Of a stretch of DNA of 64,000 nt, positions 61,373 through 64,000 are shown in pieces. The translations under genes were made by a program, and so were the position numbers. The first letter of the stretch is position 1. Each line of letters opens with the position of its first letter. The DNA comes from Asterias rubens. Taxonomy: Eukaryota. The notes beneath the pieces are model-generated. The model was not told the DNA's origin. It was given only the letters and a program-made list of their open reading frames with translations, and did no database searches. Location: assembly GCF_902459465.1 (NCBI RefSeq), contig NC_047070.1, positions 15,624,001 through 15,688,000 of the forward strand. The letters run 5' to 3'.

Positions 61373-64000
61373 TTCTGTTTGAACGATATTGAGAATGTAC
61401 ACTTCACCTCAAAGTAAGTTCAATTCACTGGCAGGATATGTACCAAAATGAAATTAGTGTGATGTTTTTGCGTCCAGAGGAAGTATCCAAAATGACACCG
61501 TCGGGAATTATAGTTTACACGAATAATAATAACTCTTTCCATGTTTACATGGATTTTTAATTTTTCTCGCATTTTGTTGGCATTGGGCAACACGGTGGCA
61601 CTGTTCTCGCGTTCTTCTGCAATAAAATATCTGTTTGATATACCATTATACAGTAACTGATACTATCAGCTCTGACATGCGATTGACATAACTTGTCATG
61701 ATAACAATGTCCTTTAGGTACCCTCTCGACAAGTGTGTATTCACAATTGTTTTCAATTTTCTAAGTATATTTCTTGACAAATTTCTTTACAGTAATAATT
61801 CATGTTGGAAATTGATATTCATGTATCTATATCGACAGTCTTAAACGAATAACGAACAAACCGTTATTTACTTAGTGGTTTCTTTGAATTCAAGTAACAA
61901 TAATGAACGACCACCAATAGAGACAGGATTTGGTTTTCTGACCTTTGCCATTGATGCAAGGCATCAACCAATTGATCTTGTGCAAGTGTAAGACGCTTGC
62001 TTACCCTTCAAAGTGATACATAAGCAAAATATAACCCTAAACCACACTCCTGGCATTGAAGATAATAAGTGCATACATATTTATTTGTGTTAGACACCGC
62101 GAGAAATAGGTTCAAGTAAACAAGCAATAAATTAAGGTCGCGTTTGAAACAGTTACATTGGATATGCTGAGAAATTTTAACAAGTAATCTACTTTAATAG
62201 ATTAATTTTGGTAAACCTTAGTATATTTTCAGAAAATTAATAAACTAATGAAAATAACAAATTCGGGAATTTATTCTTATAACAGTGTGAAGTGAAACAT
62301 GTTTTAATCATACTACTATCGGCATACCGCTTTCGTTTCATTTCAGTCAGTTTGTGTTTTCACAATCACATAAACAAAATTAGTAAACCAAAAGAGCTCT
62401 CCGTATAGTATCATTTTAATAAAATATCTGCTTATTTCCTCTTTCTAGCATTTCGTCTTTTCTTATTTTTTGGGCTGGCCAAAATATCTAAAGGTGTAAC
62501 TTTGAACTCTTACAAACCTAAGTGGTTTTGTAAAAGAAAGGTCTGGCGACCCATATTCTTACAAAGGCAAGAAATCAAATCAGATTGCGTGTACCCTCAG
62601 GAAATTTCGTAGAGATTGAAATCGGACCCACAAAAATAAGCGACGGGTATCATCGGGTAAGTGTGGGGTTGACGTCATTAAAAACCATGGACTCTGCCCC
62701 ACAGACACCTGTAAACCTGACCACCCGAGACCCGAAATGTAGAAATCAACCAACATGTGAAAATGGAACAATGAGGAGTGGACCGTGCCCATAGTCTGTA
62801 TTCAGATTGCGTCTGTGTGGCCAGGGGTTGGGGGATCGAGGGGCTGCTATCGTATTGTATGTCTATGCAACTTATTCAATGCTTTACATTACTGAATATC
62901 TATAGGGCTTTAGATTGGCCTGGAGACCATGTGTTAAAACGTTTTATGAAATTAAAATTGCGTACGTTGCCCAGTGCTTAGGCGTTAGTCAATGTTTTTT
63001 CACGCGCATGTTGATAGGGAAACAACTTGGCATTTACTCTTGTAGTGTTACACAGTGCTTTAAGTTGAGGACCCTTCAATTCTTTGTTATTTTTTCTGTA
63101 CAACATTTGGAAAACAACATTAGTTGGGTAAGATTACTGATCTAATCTCAAGAATACTTTGAATTATAATTGTAACACGTTTGTATAATGATATCGAGGT
63201 AAAACTGGATACATTTATTTTTGAATGCTACTTATTAGCATGCTTAGAAATATTGGCAAACTTTATTGACCTTTCAACTTTCTTGTCCTGTCGAATCTGT
63301 GTAATCTGTCACTAGAATTTCCCTAGAAACCATTCTTTCAAAAGGCCTGGATTACTATGGGCTTGAACAAAAGAGGGCGTTTTTGTTTGGTGATGTGGCC
63401 ACAACACGAATGCGCCTGTTTTTGAGGTATAAATAAGAGCTTGAGAAGCCATGTCAAAGTGATGTTTTTATAGACGCTTCAACTCTCCTTATATGCATTG
63501 CATGTGGCTTATGTGGTACATAAAGAGAGAAACAGTTGTATGCACTCACTGATGTTCTTACATTTTAACAAGCTGCATGCCTGGATGAAGAGTCAACTGA
63601 TCATCAATTCAGTTTGAATTGTTCTTGTGCTAATGACTCAACCACGCGGCTCATGTATTGCAATTGCAAGGTTGCACTTAAAAAATATAATTGTATTTTT
63701 AAGTAAAATGTGAATTTGAGCTTGATGGCATACTCCATTCTTCCTTGAGACGATTTGACAAATAAAACGGGTATTTACAATCCACTCGTAGTTTTAAGCA
63801 TTGTTTCCATATTATTACTGTAAATGTGTCCTTCAATGAGACGTGGCCTCATGTCTTTATCTTATTTTTTATTTTATTTTTTTTTCATTTTATAACCGTT
63901 TTACTCGGCCAGCCTGCAGTCATGCACCGTTCTACTGCCCATTTATTCACACACAAAAATTGCTCTTCGATGCACTTAAAGTAATTTGTTTGTATACAAT

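Noticed and set aside
1-64000. A linked GnRH-type precursor (QIHYKNPGWGPG-GKR) or transposase/reverse-transcriptase ORFs
   Set aside because: Searched by eye and in the ORF track and not found; a small exon could have been missed, so tblastn would be decisive.

Overview
AT-rich animal genomic DNA, almost certainly from an Asterias-type starfish, and mostly non-coding. One gene is firmly supported: a minus-strand corazonin-type neuropeptide precursor (99 aa: 23-aa signal peptide, HNTFTMGGQNRWKAG-G-KR, associated peptide). Its two coding exons (38240-38425, 19327-19440) are joined by an 18.8-kb phase-0 GT-AG intron. The coding exon is preceded by another intron (acceptor at 38474), and a probable non-coding first exon and promoter lie near 43.2-43.5 kb. 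The rest is intron and intergenic DNA carrying about 12 copies of a TTAA-flanked (Kolobok-like) MITE, several other MITE families, tRNA-derived SINE fragments, Penelope-type hammerhead-like motifs, palindromes and tandem repeats. Best leads: an alternative acceptor 4 nt downstream that would encode KR-QLRY-GR (a possible second amidated peptide), a 15-nt perfect RE1/NRSE right-hand match in intron 1, a four-half-site nuclear-receptor palindrome, CRE enrichment around the promoter, and repeated inverted-plus-direct micro-triplications. No database searches were run; family assignments come from recalled knowledge. Almost all ORF-track entries look like chance ORFs or repeat-derived ORFs.
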